From the NCBI GenBank assembly GCA_016176295.1, contig JACOXN010000003.1, positions 28,212-92,211 of the forward strand: a DNA stretch of 64,000 nucleotides. The letters run 5' to 3'. The position numbers and the translations under genes are program-made. The stretch comes from Candidatus Giovannonibacteria bacterium. GTDB lineage: Bacteria > Patescibacteriota > Minisyncoccia > UBA11713 > 2-01-FULL-45-33. Shown in pieces: positions 7,866-17,533 of this stretch (positions within the stretch are counted from its first letter, which is position 1; the number at the start of each line of letters is the position of its first letter). The notes below the pieces were generated by a model, which saw nothing but the letters and a program-made list of their open reading frames with translations, was not told the origin of the DNA and made no database searches.

Positions 7866-9059
7866 CTATATTTTTTTAACTAGCAATTCATCAATTTTTT
7901 TAACCGTCTCCTCTGTCGCATGACCTTTATTAAAAAGCAGTGCATCATCTATATCATAAACCTGCTTTTTTTGCACATCCCCGGATATCATTCCTGAAAC
8001 TATTCTGTTCAGTTCTTCCGGTGTTTTGACTAAATATCCGTACTTGCCCCTAAAATCACCCAGTGAATTCATTTCGTGGTCTTTAAAAAATTCCGGTATA
8101 TCAAGGAAAATTATTTGTTTCCTCAAAAAATAATACTCAATCCAAAGCGTGCTGATATCACCTATCCCAATATCACTAGCCATAATAAACTCGGTGGAAT
8201 CCTGTTCAATAACATTATATATCCTTTTTTTACTCAAATTATCTTTTTCAAAAAATTCCTTCCAGTTTACTCCTCCACTGCTCTTGATATTTTTTGGGTC
8301 CATGTAAGCACCCGGATGGACTTTGATAATAAGATTGACATGATGCTTCTCAGGAAGATCTAAAATATCTTTAAGCCATGAAAAAATGCTCGCATTTTTA
8401 TTGTACGTAGGACCGTAAAAAATAGTTGGCAGTGACGGGTCAAGACCCAGTTTGTTCAGAAAATCCGTTCTATCGCCGGGTTTTTGAAAAAGTTTATCCG
8501 ATTTCGGGCCGCCCAATCGGTGTATCCTCGGAATTTTTTTTATATTATGGTCCTTGCAATATCTAAGCAAATCTTTTTCGTAAAGAGCGCCTGTGATAAT
8601 CGTATCAGATACTCTTTCAATCGCGGGCGAAAAAACATCGTATTTTGTTTTAGAAGTAATTGTATGCGGAAAATTTATCGAAAACCGCGTATTCCTGGGA
8701 ACATGGATATCGTAATTCAATGTCGTATTAATATAGAGGTCCACGCCCGAGATCCAATCGGTAAACGCAACATCAATCCATAATTTCGGCGCACCAGGAA
8801 ATTCCCTTTGCAGCTGTTCCAGAAAATTTTTTTTAAGCGGATATTTTGAAGAATATATAATCAATGATTTTTTTTCATACATTTTTTGGATGACGCTCAG
8901 AATACACAAAAGATCATGAGGCGTGGTAATTTCCATAAGAATCACCGGAGCTTTTTTACGATGTGCTCGGAAAGATAAAAAAATAATCCACAAAACCCGC
9001 GGTATTTGAAAAAATTTCCGAATGATCTTATATATTTTTTTTGCGGCTTTTATAAGCAT
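7866..9059 (-). CDS. CDP-glycerol glycerophosphotransferase (TagB/TagF family)-like
   Basis: C-terminal blocks IFYGPTYNKN, LIIKVHPG and ASDIGIGDISTLWIEYYFL resemble TagF-family motifs (YAPTxR, KxHP, SD..sS...e). Adjacent to the TagD-like gene. Confidence 0.6.
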   Translation of the reverse strand: MLIKAAKKIYKIIRKFFQIPRVLWIIFLSFRAHRKKAPVILMEITTPHDLLCILSVIQKMYEKKSLIIYSSKYPLKKNFLEQLQREFPGAPKLWIDVAFTDWISGVDLYINTTLNYDIHVPRNTRFSINFPHTITSKTKYDVFSPAIERVSDTIITGALYEKDLLRYCKDHNIKKIPRIHRLGGPKSDKLFQKPGDRTDFLNKLGLDPSLPTIFYGPTYNKNASIFSWLKDILDLPEKHHVNLIIKVHPGAYMDPKNIKSSGGVNWKEFFEKDNLSKKRIYNVIEQDSTEFIMASDIGIGDISTLWIEYYFLRKQIIFLDIPEFFKDHEMNSLGDFRGKYGYLVKTPEELNRIVSGMISGDVQKKQVYDIDDALLFNKGHATEETVKKIDELLVKKI

Positions 9060-10282
9060 TATTTTGAAACCAAATCAGAAAATAATTCCAATAATTTCTT
9101 TATATTCGAGGCAGCGCTAAATTCCTGCAGATATTCTTTATTGACATTTTTTTCAAATCTACCTTCTATTAACTCTTTCATGTGCCATGCCAATTTATCA
9201 ACTTCTCCGTATGTGAAGCATCTGTAACCAAGCTTTTCGAGAAATAGCCAAACAGGGCTATCCTTGCTGGTTACCCCCAAAATGGCCGCCCCGCTCCCTG
9301 CATAATCAACCACTTTGGACGGGAAACACCAACTTTCAGCATCTTCAACATCAATTAGTACAAGGCAATCCGCCAATTGCATATATTGTAGGCTATCACG
9401 GTATCCTACCTGCCCAATGAGCTTTACAACAGACCCAAGATCATATTTATTTATTAACGTCTCCATATCAGCTGGCGTAAAATCCGTATAGCCGCTGTTA
9501 TAACCAACCAATCTAAACTCAATCTTGCCGGACAAACTCCGATTTTCAGAAATAATTTTTTTTAATGCCTTAAATAATATCTCGGGATTTCTTGCTTTAT
9601 AAAAAGCGCCTACATGGCTGAAAACAAATTTCTCCTTCGATTTTTTCATTTTTACTTCCTCGTTGGCGAGTGGATAATCGGACTCGGCAAAAGAATGATG
9701 TATAACCGCTCCTTTATCCTGCCACTCGCGCGGATATTTTTTCATCACCATGTCGCGCATGCTCGCGTTAATGAAAATCACCGCATCGCTGTTTTTAATT
9801 ATCTTAGTTTCCTGCTTTAAAACAATTTTTTTTCGCCACCAGGACATTTTAGACCAAGGATTATCATACCAGGGATCACTAAAGTGAGAAACAAAAAGCA
9901 CGCCGGTCTTTTCTTTTACGATTGCCCCAATAATATTGCTTTCCTGCGGATTTGCAAAAGAAAAAATAATATTTAGATCGTGCTTTTTAACTATCCCCGC
10001 TAATTGTTCTGCAATATCGTTATAATATCGGCGGCGCAAATAACCACGGAGCGGAGGAATCCGATTCAGATATTTATTCAACTTAAACTGCGAAATTTTG
10101 TAGATTTGCGCATTTATTTCCCAATCACCATTTGAGCCGTAATTTACTATCACGGGTTTAATTCCCTGGCGGATCCATTCCGGGATCATTTTTCCGATAA
10201 GTATTGCCTGCGGACGAACGGTCGGTGGCGTCCAAAAACTTAAACAAAGCGGACGTATCTCATTTTTATTCTCGGCTACCAT
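9059..10282 (-). CDS. Glycosyltransferase, GT-B fold (GT4-like)
   Basis: The C-terminal domain pattern FVFSHVGAFYKARNPEILFKAL..FRLVGY..VKLIGQV..LADCLVLID..FPSKVVDYAGSGAAILG fits GT4-type retaining transferases. Confidence 0.6.
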   Translation of the reverse strand: MVAENKNEIRPLCLSFWTPPTVRPQAILIGKMIPEWIRQGIKPVIVNYGSNGDWEINAQIYKISQFKLNKYLNRIPPLRGYLRRRYYNDIAEQLAGIVKKHDLNIIFSFANPQESNIIGAIVKEKTGVLFVSHFSDPWYDNPWSKMSWWRKKIVLKQETKIIKNSDAVIFINASMRDMVMKKYPREWQDKGAVIHHSFAESDYPLANEEVKMKKSKEKFVFSHVGAFYKARNPEILFKALKKIISENRSLSGKIEFRLVGYNSGYTDFTPADMETLINKYDLGSVVKLIGQVGYRDSLQYMQLADCLVLIDVEDAESWCFPSKVVDYAGSGAAILGVTSKDSPVWLFLEKLGYRCFTYGEVDKLAWHMKELIEGRFEKNVNKEYLQEFSAASNIKKLLELFSDLVSK

Positions 10283-11394
10283 TTTTTTCCTGCGAATTTT
10301 TTGATTAGTGAGACCGTCCTTTCCACAGTATCAGATTTATAATACGGATCTTTAATTTTGTTGAATATTTCTTGAATTTTATCATGCTCCGAGTCTATTT
10401 GTCTGACAGCGTCGATAATTCTTTTTTTATCGGTTCCGGCCAAAAAATTCACTCCCAAATCAACTGTTTCAGACCATGCAGTAATATCCCGCAGAGTTAT
10501 ACAAGGAACTTTTGACCAAAAAACTTCCTTTTGCAGTCCTCCCGAATCGGTTACGACTATACTAGCTCCTGCGATCAAATGCAAAACTTCCCTATTCTCC
10601 AAGGGCTCTATTATGACAAAATTAGCAAGACCTTTTTTTGCATATTTAAGCTTTTCAAGCCTAGCTTTAGTGCGCGGATGGATTGGCCAAACTACCTTGT
10701 ACTTTTGTAAACTTCTCAAAGCATCTAGCACATTCTTCATTTTTTTCGGGTCATCAACATTTCCCGCTCGGTGCATGGTCAAAAAAATATATTTCTCCTC
10801 TTTCAAGCCTAACTTTTCCCTCAAATCTAAACTCTTACTTTCTCTAAAATTTTTCTGAAATACCTCATATAACGGGTCCCCAGTATTAAATATTTTTCCT
10901 AAAACCTTTTCGTCGCGCAAATTTTTCGCGGAAGTATCGGAAACGGCAAAAAGGACATTTGAAGCATGGTCAATGAGGCGACGGTTTTTTTCTTCCGGCA
11001 GGCTCATATCCCATTCTCGCGGCCCGGCTTCAAGATGCGCAATCGGAATGTTGTATTTCATTGCCGCGACCAGCGCGGCAAGAGAAGAGTACGTGTCTCC
11101 CAAAACTGCGATAATATCCGGATTAAATTTTTCAAAGAATTCTTCCAAACCCGCTGTCATTACGGGCATCAACCTTCTTTTGCTGTTTTTACCGGCCTTC
11201 AAATTTTTATCCGGCATCGGCAATTTTAGCTCTTTAAAAAAAGATTCGCTCATTTCATAATCATAATGCTGACCGGTATGAATCAAACGAAAATTAACTT
11301 CGGGATCTTTTTTTAAACGAGATATAACGCCAGCGGAGCGTATGATCTCGGGCCTTGTACCGACGATGTATACAATTTTCTTTTTATTTTTCAC
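10276..11394 (-). CDS. UDP-N-acetylglucosamine (or UDP-diacetamido-sugar) 2-epimerase, WecB/WbpI family
   Basis: [31 protein letters not shown] and HLEAGPR motifs. Confidence 0.8.
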   Translation of the reverse strand: MKNKKKIVYIVGTRPEIIRSAGVISRLKKDPEVNFRLIHTGQHYDYEMSESFFKELKLPMPDKNLKAGKNSKRRLMPVMTAGLEEFFEKFNPDIIAVLGDTYSSLAALVAAMKYNIPIAHLEAGPREWDMSLPEEKNRRLIDHASNVLFAVSDTSAKNLRDEKVLGKIFNTGDPLYEVFQKNFRESKSLDLREKLGLKEEKYIFLTMHRAGNVDDPKKMKNVLDALRSLQKYKVVWPIHPRTKARLEKLKYAKKGLANFVIIEPLENREVLHLIAGASIVVTDSGGLQKEVFWSKVPCITLRDITAWSETVDLGVNFLAGTDKKRIIDAVRQIDSEHDKIQEIFNKIKDPYYKSDTVERTVSLIKKFAGKKW

Positions 11395-11909
11395 AATTTC
11401 TCAATGATATTCCCCCCTCTATCCACTTTACCGTGAATTTTCGCGGGATTTCCATATACAAGCGCAAAATCTGGCACATCTTTAGTCACAACTGAACCAG
11501 CGCCAATCAAAGCATATTCGCCTATTGTCACGCCTGGAAGTATGGTTGAACCAGCGCCTACGGATGCACCTTTTTTTATCAAAATTTTTCCCAAAACCCA
11601 ATCACGATCGTCTTTCAGTTTTCCATTTTCATCAATAGCCCGCGGAATTTTGTCATTAGTTAATATGACACCTGGACCCAAAAAAACACCATCCTCTAAA
11701 ATAACGCCATGATATACAAAAACGCCATTTTGTATCTTAACATTGTCTCCGATAGATACGCCAAAATCAACATATGATCCTTTGCCCAGAATGCAATTTT
11801 TCCCGACCGTGACTTTTTCCCTGACTTGCGCCTGGTGCCATATCTTTGTTCCTTCGCCTATCCGGCTTTCCGGTGATACGTCGGCAGATGGATGTACATA
11901 ATAGTTCAT
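11391..11909 (-). CDS. Left-handed beta-helix (hexapeptide) sugar N-acetyltransferase, WbpD/WlbB-like
   Basis: Continuous hexapeptide repeats ([39 protein letters not shown]..). Size and layout match 3-amino-sugar N-acetyltransferases. Confidence 0.7.
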   Translation of the reverse strand: MNYYVHPSADVSPESRIGEGTKIWHQAQVREKVTVGKNCILGKGSYVDFGVSIGDNVKIQNGVFVYHGVILEDGVFLGPGVILTNDKIPRAIDENGKLKDDRDWVLGKILIKKGASVGAGSTILPGVTIGEYALIGAGSVVTKDVPDFALVYGNPAKIHGKVDRGGNIIEKL

Positions 11910-11930
11910 GTTTATATAACTCCTGGAGAA

Positions 11931-12602
11931 TTAATAGTTTTCGGACGGACTTCTTTGATGCCACCATAATGGATGCGTCAAAATACAAAGCCTGGGGACC
12001 TCTTTTTCGATAAAACTGCACATACACCCTTCTCGCCATCTGGCACTACTATCGGAAATGTATTTCATGTCTTTTAAAAAAAGCGACGAATACGCCTGGT
12101 ATAACAGGTCGAATTTGTCTTTATTCTCGTCAGTTACAAGAAATTCTCCGTCGCTATTATTGGGTTCGTGGCACGATACTCCGGAAATTTTTGCATTGAT
12201 AATTCTTTCAAAGATATCTTTGTCCCTTTTAAAAAAGTTTTCTGGATCCTCTTTGAACAAACGAGCAAACGCCGCGTCATAATGCAGGCCCAGTTCATGC
12301 CCCGCAGAGGATAAATCTTTAACAATACTGTGGTTTTCAAAGCTCATAGGATTATAACCGCCATGCATCCGTATAAAATAAGTAGCCTTGATGCCAAGGC
12401 TATTTTCAATAATCAAAAAATTTTGGACCAAAGACAGTTTGTGATCAATGTCGTGCCGCATCAAAATAACTTTCTGACCGGCATTTAATTCTTTTTCTCG
12501 TCTGACGAATTCCCTAAATGTCAAAAAAATGTATTTTTTTGCAAGGGCATTTTGCAGGACTTCTTTATAATGCGACGCTTTGAATGAACAGTTACCTATC
12601 AT
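11931..12602 (-). CDS. Polysaccharide deacetylase-like protein (CE4-related, divergent)
   Basis: The MRHDIDH, GLHYDAAF and SCHEPNN metal/His-type blocks give a weak match only. Confidence 0.45.
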   Translation of the reverse strand: MIGNCSFKASHYKEVLQNALAKKYIFLTFREFVRREKELNAGQKVILMRHDIDHKLSLVQNFLIIENSLGIKATYFIRMHGGYNPMSFENHSIVKDLSSAGHELGLHYDAAFARLFKEDPENFFKRDKDIFERIINAKISGVSCHEPNNSDGEFLVTDENKDKFDLLYQAYSSLFLKDMKYISDSSARWREGCMCSFIEKEVPRLCILTHPLWWHQRSPSENY

Positions 12603-13390
12603 GATGTTTTATTACAAGTAATGCCTATGATGACTTTGTTCGATGTAAACGTCGCGCTATTCTTAAATATTTCAGCCGTTAATTCATTCATTTTATTCTC
12701 TAACGACTCTTTATACAATGGCGTCGCTTTCCAATATTTCAGGAGCACATCGGCATCCGGAAACTCAATCGGATTATTAAAATATTGGACTTCCACATTT
12801 CCGAATTCTTTCTTAAGCATTGGAACCGCGTCATGCTCCAAGAAATAAGACCAGCGCAAAAAATCTTCTGAAAAGCTACCACCGGCCTGCTTCACCAAAT
12901 CCAAGAACTCCATGTTGTTCTTCGCCGTTGGTCCGCAAATAAAAAGACGGCCTCCAGGTTTTAATTGAGCATGCAAGTCCCTGAATGTTTTTCTGGGTTC
13001 TTTGGTGTAATAAATAGCAAACGAGGAAAGAACTCTGTCGAAAGGGCCAGTGAAAACTTTTTCACTTATTTCCGTCAAATCCGCCTTTACAAGCGATATG
13101 TTTGCGGCATTTCTCTCTTTGATCTTGTCCGCGCACTTTTTAAGCGATTCGTCGCTAATATCTGCACCTACAACAGAGCCAGCGGACCCGACCGTATCAG
13201 AGATATCAAAAAGATGTTTCCCAGTTCCGCACCCCACGTCCAGCACGCTCATGCCGGTGCTTAAATTGAGATTTTTTAAAACCCAGCCGTCAAAATCGGA
13301 TTTTGAAAAGTTTTCGTGAACATAAATCCTGTAATCAAGCGCTCCCGAGTCTATCTCGATCTTTGGTTGATTTGAATCATTCATTTTCAT
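12599..13390 (-). CDS. Class I SAM-dependent methyltransferase
   Basis: VLDVGCGTGKH SAM-binding motif I, followed by FDRVLSSFAIYY and PGGRLFI blocks. Confidence 0.8.
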   Translation of the reverse strand: MKMNDSNQPKIEIDSGALDYRIYVHENFSKSDFDGWVLKNLNLSTGMSVLDVGCGTGKHLFDISDTVGSAGSVVGADISDESLKKCADKIKERNAANISLVKADLTEISEKVFTGPFDRVLSSFAIYYTKEPRKTFRDLHAQLKPGGRLFICGPTAKNNMEFLDLVKQAGGSFSEDFLRWSYFLEHDAVPMLKKEFGNVEVQYFNNPIEFPDADVLLKYWKATPLYKESLENKMNELTAEIFKNSATFTSNKVIIGITCNKTS

Positions 13391-14352
13391 ATCCTCAAGG
13401 CCACTTCCAAAGCACGCAATGCATCTTCGGGTTTAAACGACGGTTCGCGTTTTTCCAAAACGGCAGAAACGAATTCCTTAATCTCACATTTCAGAGGTTC
13501 CTCCTTGACAAGCTCGATATTAGTTATTTTAGGAGAATAGAACTTAGCGCGAAATTCTTCGAAGTCTTTGTATAGCCCGTTCGCAAAATGACCGTTCTCG
13601 TACAAGGTCATTTTTTGGTCTATGTAGTCAAGTCTGGCAAAAGCTTTAGTTCCGGTTATATCCAACACTCTGATCTTTGCCGGTGTAAGCCAATTGACTT
13701 CAATATACGCCGAAGAAGTCGGATACTTAAGCAAAATGAAAGCGTTATCCTCCTGGTCTTTCAACACGGCCTTTGACTTATTGGCATAAATATCAACAGG
13801 CAACTCACCGAGCAGATAATTCGCAATATCTATATCATGAATGGCTAAATCCAGGATTACATTAGCATTCTTAGTCTGTGGAGGCAAACCACCCAGCCTA
13901 CGCACGTTAATAGATATTACTTTGCCAAATTTACCGCTTGCAACGATTTCCGCAAGCTTTCTTACTATGGGATTAAAGCGCTCGATGTGGCCCACCATCA
14001 GCACTACGCCCTTTTCCCTGGCTTTTTTTATTATCTTAACTGCCTCATCCGAAGTGGTCGCTATGGGTTTCTCCAAAAGAACATGGATACCTTTATTTAA
14101 TATGTCCATGCTAACCTTGTGATGAAGGTAAGTAGGAACAGCTATTGAAACGGCTGTAATATTTTCGTTTAAAAGTAGCTCATTATAATCCGAATAAAAT
14201 TTGCATCCGTATTTATTTGCCAAAGCTTCGCCGTTTTTTAAATCCGTATCGCAAATTGCCGTCAAAACAACGTTTGGTAATTCAGAAAAAACTCTTGCAT
14301 GGTTTTTACCCATAATACCGGCTCCGATCACCGCCACATTTAATTTATCCAT
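13387..14352 (-). CDS. Gfo/Idh/MocA-family NAD-dependent sugar oxidoreductase (WbpB-like)
   Basis: N-terminal Rossmann VAVIGAGIMGKNHARV and EKP motif (VLLEKPIA). Confidence 0.8.
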   Translation of the reverse strand: MDKLNVAVIGAGIMGKNHARVFSELPNVVLTAICDTDLKNGEALANKYGCKFYSDYNELLLNENITAVSIAVPTYLHHKVSMDILNKGIHVLLEKPIATTSDEAVKIIKKAREKGVVLMVGHIERFNPIVRKLAEIVASGKFGKVISINVRRLGGLPPQTKNANVILDLAIHDIDIANYLLGELPVDIYANKSKAVLKDQEDNAFILLKYPTSSAYIEVNWLTPAKIRVLDITGTKAFARLDYIDQKMTLYENGHFANGLYKDFEEFRAKFYSPKITNIELVKEEPLKCEIKEFVSAVLEKREPSFKPEDALRALEVALRI

Positions 14353-14353
14353 A

Positions 14354-15448
14354 TTAAATATTTTTTATTGTATCTATTATGTAAGTGATATCCTTGTCGG
14401 AAACCCCGGGATGCACGGGCAGTGATAAAACCTCCTTAACCATTTGCTCAACAATCGGGAGAGAATACTTGCCCGCAGCGCGCACAATATGTGGAACCAA
14501 ATGCAATGGTTTAGGATAAAAAACCGCGTTTCCTATACCTTTTTCGGATAAATATTTTGAAAACTCATCTCTCGTCATTTTACAGTGTTTCGTAATTCTG
14601 ATCGTATACTGGTGAAATACATGTTTGCAATCTGGGCTTACATGTGGCAAAATTATTCCTTTTATCTTGTCCAGCCCCTTTGTAAGCATCGCCGAATTTT
14701 TGATTCTATTCTTATTGAAATTTTCTATTTTTTTCAACTGTGCCAGCCCGACGGCAGCAGAAATATCCGTCATTCGGTAATTATACCCCATATCAAAATA
14801 TTCATAGCGGGCTTTCTGCGATTGTCCATGATGCCGGAACATTCTTGCTCTTTCCGCATATTTCTCATTATCTGTTACCAAAATTCCACCTTCGCCAGTA
14901 GTCATATTTTTTGTCGCATAAAAAGAAAAACAACCGATATCTCCCAAAGCACCAGCTTTTTTATTTTTAAACACAGCACCGTGCGCCTGGCAGGCGTCTT
15001 CGATGATCTTTAATTTATTTTTGTTCGCAATTTTTCTAATTTTCTCAAAAGCATACGGATGCCCAAAAATATCAACGGGGAGGATAGCTTTTGTTTTAGC
15101 CGTGATTTTTCTCTCCAATTTATCCGGATCAATATTGAATGTTACAGGTTCAATATCGCAAAAAACCGGCTTTGCGCCTAATTGCAAAATTGCATTTACC
15201 GTAGCTACAAAAGTAAATGGAGTAGTGATAATCTCATCGCCTTTTCCTATACCAGCGGCGTATAAAGCAGTATGCAAAGCCGCCGTGCCGCTATTTACCG
15301 CAATCGCATATTTGGCCCCGCAATACTCAGCAAATTTCTTTTCAAATTCCGAAACTCTCGGCCCCTGGGCGATAATGCCGGACCGCAAAACATTGGTAAC
15401 CGCCACAATTTCTTCTTCGTTGAAATATGGTTGCGCAATATTGATCAT
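14354..15448 (-). CDS. DegT/DnrJ/EryC1/StrS-family PLP sugar aminotransferase (WbpE-like)
   Basis: AVNSGTAALH, DEIITTPFTFVAT and SFYATKNMTTGEGG (PLP-lysine region). Confidence 0.85.
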   Translation of the reverse strand: MINIAQPYFNEEEIVAVTNVLRSGIIAQGPRVSEFEKKFAEYCGAKYAIAVNSGTAALHTALYAAGIGKGDEIITTPFTFVATVNAILQLGAKPVFCDIEPVTFNIDPDKLERKITAKTKAILPVDIFGHPYAFEKIRKIANKNKLKIIEDACQAHGAVFKNKKAGALGDIGCFSFYATKNMTTGEGGILVTDNEKYAERARMFRHHGQSQKARYEYFDMGYNYRMTDISAAVGLAQLKKIENFNKNRIKNSAMLTKGLDKIKGIILPHVSPDCKHVFHQYTIRITKHCKMTRDEFSKYLSEKGIGNAVFYPKPLHLVPHIVRAAGKYSLPIVEQMVKEVLSLPVHPGVSDKDITYIIDTIKNI

Positions 15449-16995
15449 GATAATATTCGTTCTATCTCAGTCTTGTAAGCTCCCCATAACAAACTCTTCC
15501 CCTCTCCAGCCCATTCTTTGGTGATTTTATCGTAATCGAAGCCAGTATCAAACACGGCAGCAACATAATTTTCCAATTTTCGTTCATATTCGTCCGTGTT
15601 CAAATTTTTACTTAGTACTTCCTTTATTTTGGCAGACAAAGTAGTCAGATCGGTATGATGGGTCACATTTGGTAATTTTAATGAGGTACCCAAATCACCC
15701 AATTGAATGGCAGGTATCTTTAAAAAAGCTGCCTCAGCAATCGAAGTGCTTGACGGACTAATCACCACAGATGATCCTTTCAATACTTTTTCCGATGCGA
15801 TCCTATAATCAATAAATTTAACGTTGACGGTTCTTGCCACTTTTTCTATATAGGAAGGCGACCGCTTACCTATCATCACAGGATGTTCTTTTACTACCAA
15901 AGTATAATCATCCGGAAGAGATTGCGCGACAAGCCTTGCCGTTTCTATTTGATTGGAAAAATAGGGCGCCCTGACATCGATTGTCTCCTCTGGTTGAAAT
16001 TGAAGAGGCAGATAGGCATACCTTTTAACCGCCTCCAAAGGATAATAACTAAAACGATTCATAAACTTTTTATAACTCTTTTCACAAAAGTGATCCCTCA
16101 AAATAATCTTTGGTGGTTTATATTCGTATGTCGGACCCAGCTTCAGCATGTCCTTTGGCCTTTTTATGTACCAACGCAAAATTTGCTTGTAAGGTCCCAA
16201 CTCGGCTCGAATTTTCTGAAAAAAGGTTTTATTATCGCTTATCTTTATATATGTCGGGGTCTTAAAATTATCTCTAAATTCATTAATATATTGCCGAGCA
16301 CGTGCTCGATTCGGTGTTTCTTTTCGTCGGTCATTCAAAAAATTAACGCGGTCAAAAAAAATGCCGCGATCACACTGATATCCTTCCACAAAAATATAGA
16401 ATCCCTGCACTTTACTGTCCGTAGATGCCAACACCGGCACATTGTGTTTTCGCCCGTATAAATTGAACATAATATGCATCAAGGAGACAAAATTAGGACA
16501 GATCACCAGATCAGCTTTAAAGCCGTCAAAAAAGAATTTTATGCATTTATAGACAGCCTGGATATATTCAATCATTCGTTCGTCGGAAACATTCTTTTTA
16601 TATCCGAAATAATATTTATCTCCGTAAGATTTTGTGTAGAGCCGCATTGAATAAACAAAAGGCCAAATTGAATCGACACCTAATTCTGAACAAATCTCCT
16701 CCAAGGAATAAACATCCCCCGCAAGATATGCTCGCGGATCTCTTAATATTCCATCACCAAATAAAATATGATGATATTTAACATCGGGCTGATTCACAAT
16801 TAAATCGTGAGTAGTCTCCTTAAAAGTTAATGCCGCAAGTTCGCATCCTTCATCAAACAACTTCTTCGCCAAAAAACGGCCAACGCCTTTGCCCCAAGAG
16901 CGTTGTTGAAAAATTAAAACGCGTTTTCCTTTTAGATTACTCATCTTATCCAGCTTAGATAATAAAACCTTATCATGTATGGCTTTGTTTCTCAA
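15445..16995 (-). CDS. Capsule polysaccharide biosynthesis protein family (KpsC/KpsS/LpsZ-like, Capsule_synth) paralog 1
   Basis: YAYLPLQFQPEETIDVRAPYFSNQIETARLVAQSLPDDYTLVVKEHPV matches the family core (LQxxxDxxI ... KxHP). Paralogous to 33289-34719. Confidence 0.6.
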   Translation of the reverse strand: MRNKAIHDKVLLSKLDKMSNLKGKRVLIFQQRSWGKGVGRFLAKKLFDEGCELAALTFKETTHDLIVNQPDVKYHHILFGDGILRDPRAYLAGDVYSLEEICSELGVDSIWPFVYSMRLYTKSYGDKYYFGYKKNVSDERMIEYIQAVYKCIKFFFDGFKADLVICPNFVSLMHIMFNLYGRKHNVPVLASTDSKVQGFYIFVEGYQCDRGIFFDRVNFLNDRRKETPNRARARQYINEFRDNFKTPTYIKISDNKTFFQKIRAELGPYKQILRWYIKRPKDMLKLGPTYEYKPPKIILRDHFCEKSYKKFMNRFSYYPLEAVKRYAYLPLQFQPEETIDVRAPYFSNQIETARLVAQSLPDDYTLVVKEHPVMIGKRSPSYIEKVARTVNVKFIDYRIASEKVLKGSSVVISPSSTSIAEAAFLKIPAIQLGDLGTSLKLPNVTHHTDLTTLSAKIKEVLSKNLNTDEYERKLENYVAAVFDTGFDYDKITKEWAGEGKSLLWGAYKTEIERILS

Positions 16996-17010
16996 TAAAA
17001 AAGCCCCGAA

Positions 17011-17490
17011 CTATGTTCGACGGGCCAAAGTCATTTCGACGCAAACGATTTTTTTGTAGGGAACTATGCCGCCATATTTATAGCCAGCTTTGGCGAAAGC
17101 CTTTAGTGAAGGAACATTGTCCTGTTTGATGTGCGCAATTATCCGTTGCACTTCCGGGTGCTCCGAAAAAAGCATTTTGGCAGATTCACGCAGGCCTTTA
17201 GACGCATAGCCTAAACCAAAAAACCTATGCTCTACAGATACGTGTACTTCTGCTATTTCGCCCCGAATGTCGTATCGCACTTGCCCGACAGAAGTTTCTC
17301 CGAAATGCTGTACAACGTCGTCAATCACATAGAGGATGCGATTGGGATCCGCCAAAACTCCGGCAAACCACTTCTGATGGGTTTCAAGATCGACTTCATC
17401 CGAGTTCCACGACGCAAGGCGAACCGGTTCTTCATTTCGAAGATTGAATAAAAATTTTTCGTCGCCATGTTTTGCTTTTCTTATATTCAT
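17011..17490 (-). CDS. GNAT-family N-acetyltransferase (PseH-like candidate)
   Basis: GNAT acetyl-CoA pocket (HRFFGLGYASKGLRE). Start set at MNIRKAKHGDE (17490) because the longer track ORF overlaps the upstream synthase gene. Confidence 0.65.
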   Translation of the reverse strand: MNIRKAKHGDEKFLFNLRNEEPVRLASWNSDEVDLETHQKWFAGVLADPNRILYVIDDVVQHFGETSVGQVRYDIRGEIAEVHVSVEHRFFGLGYASKGLRESAKMLFSEHPEVQRIIAHIKQDNVPSLKAFAKAGYKYGGIVPYKKIVCVEMTLARRT

Positions 17491-17533
17491 TCCATGTCTC
17501 CTTCTTTTATAGCCGCAATTCCAATCAATCGAA

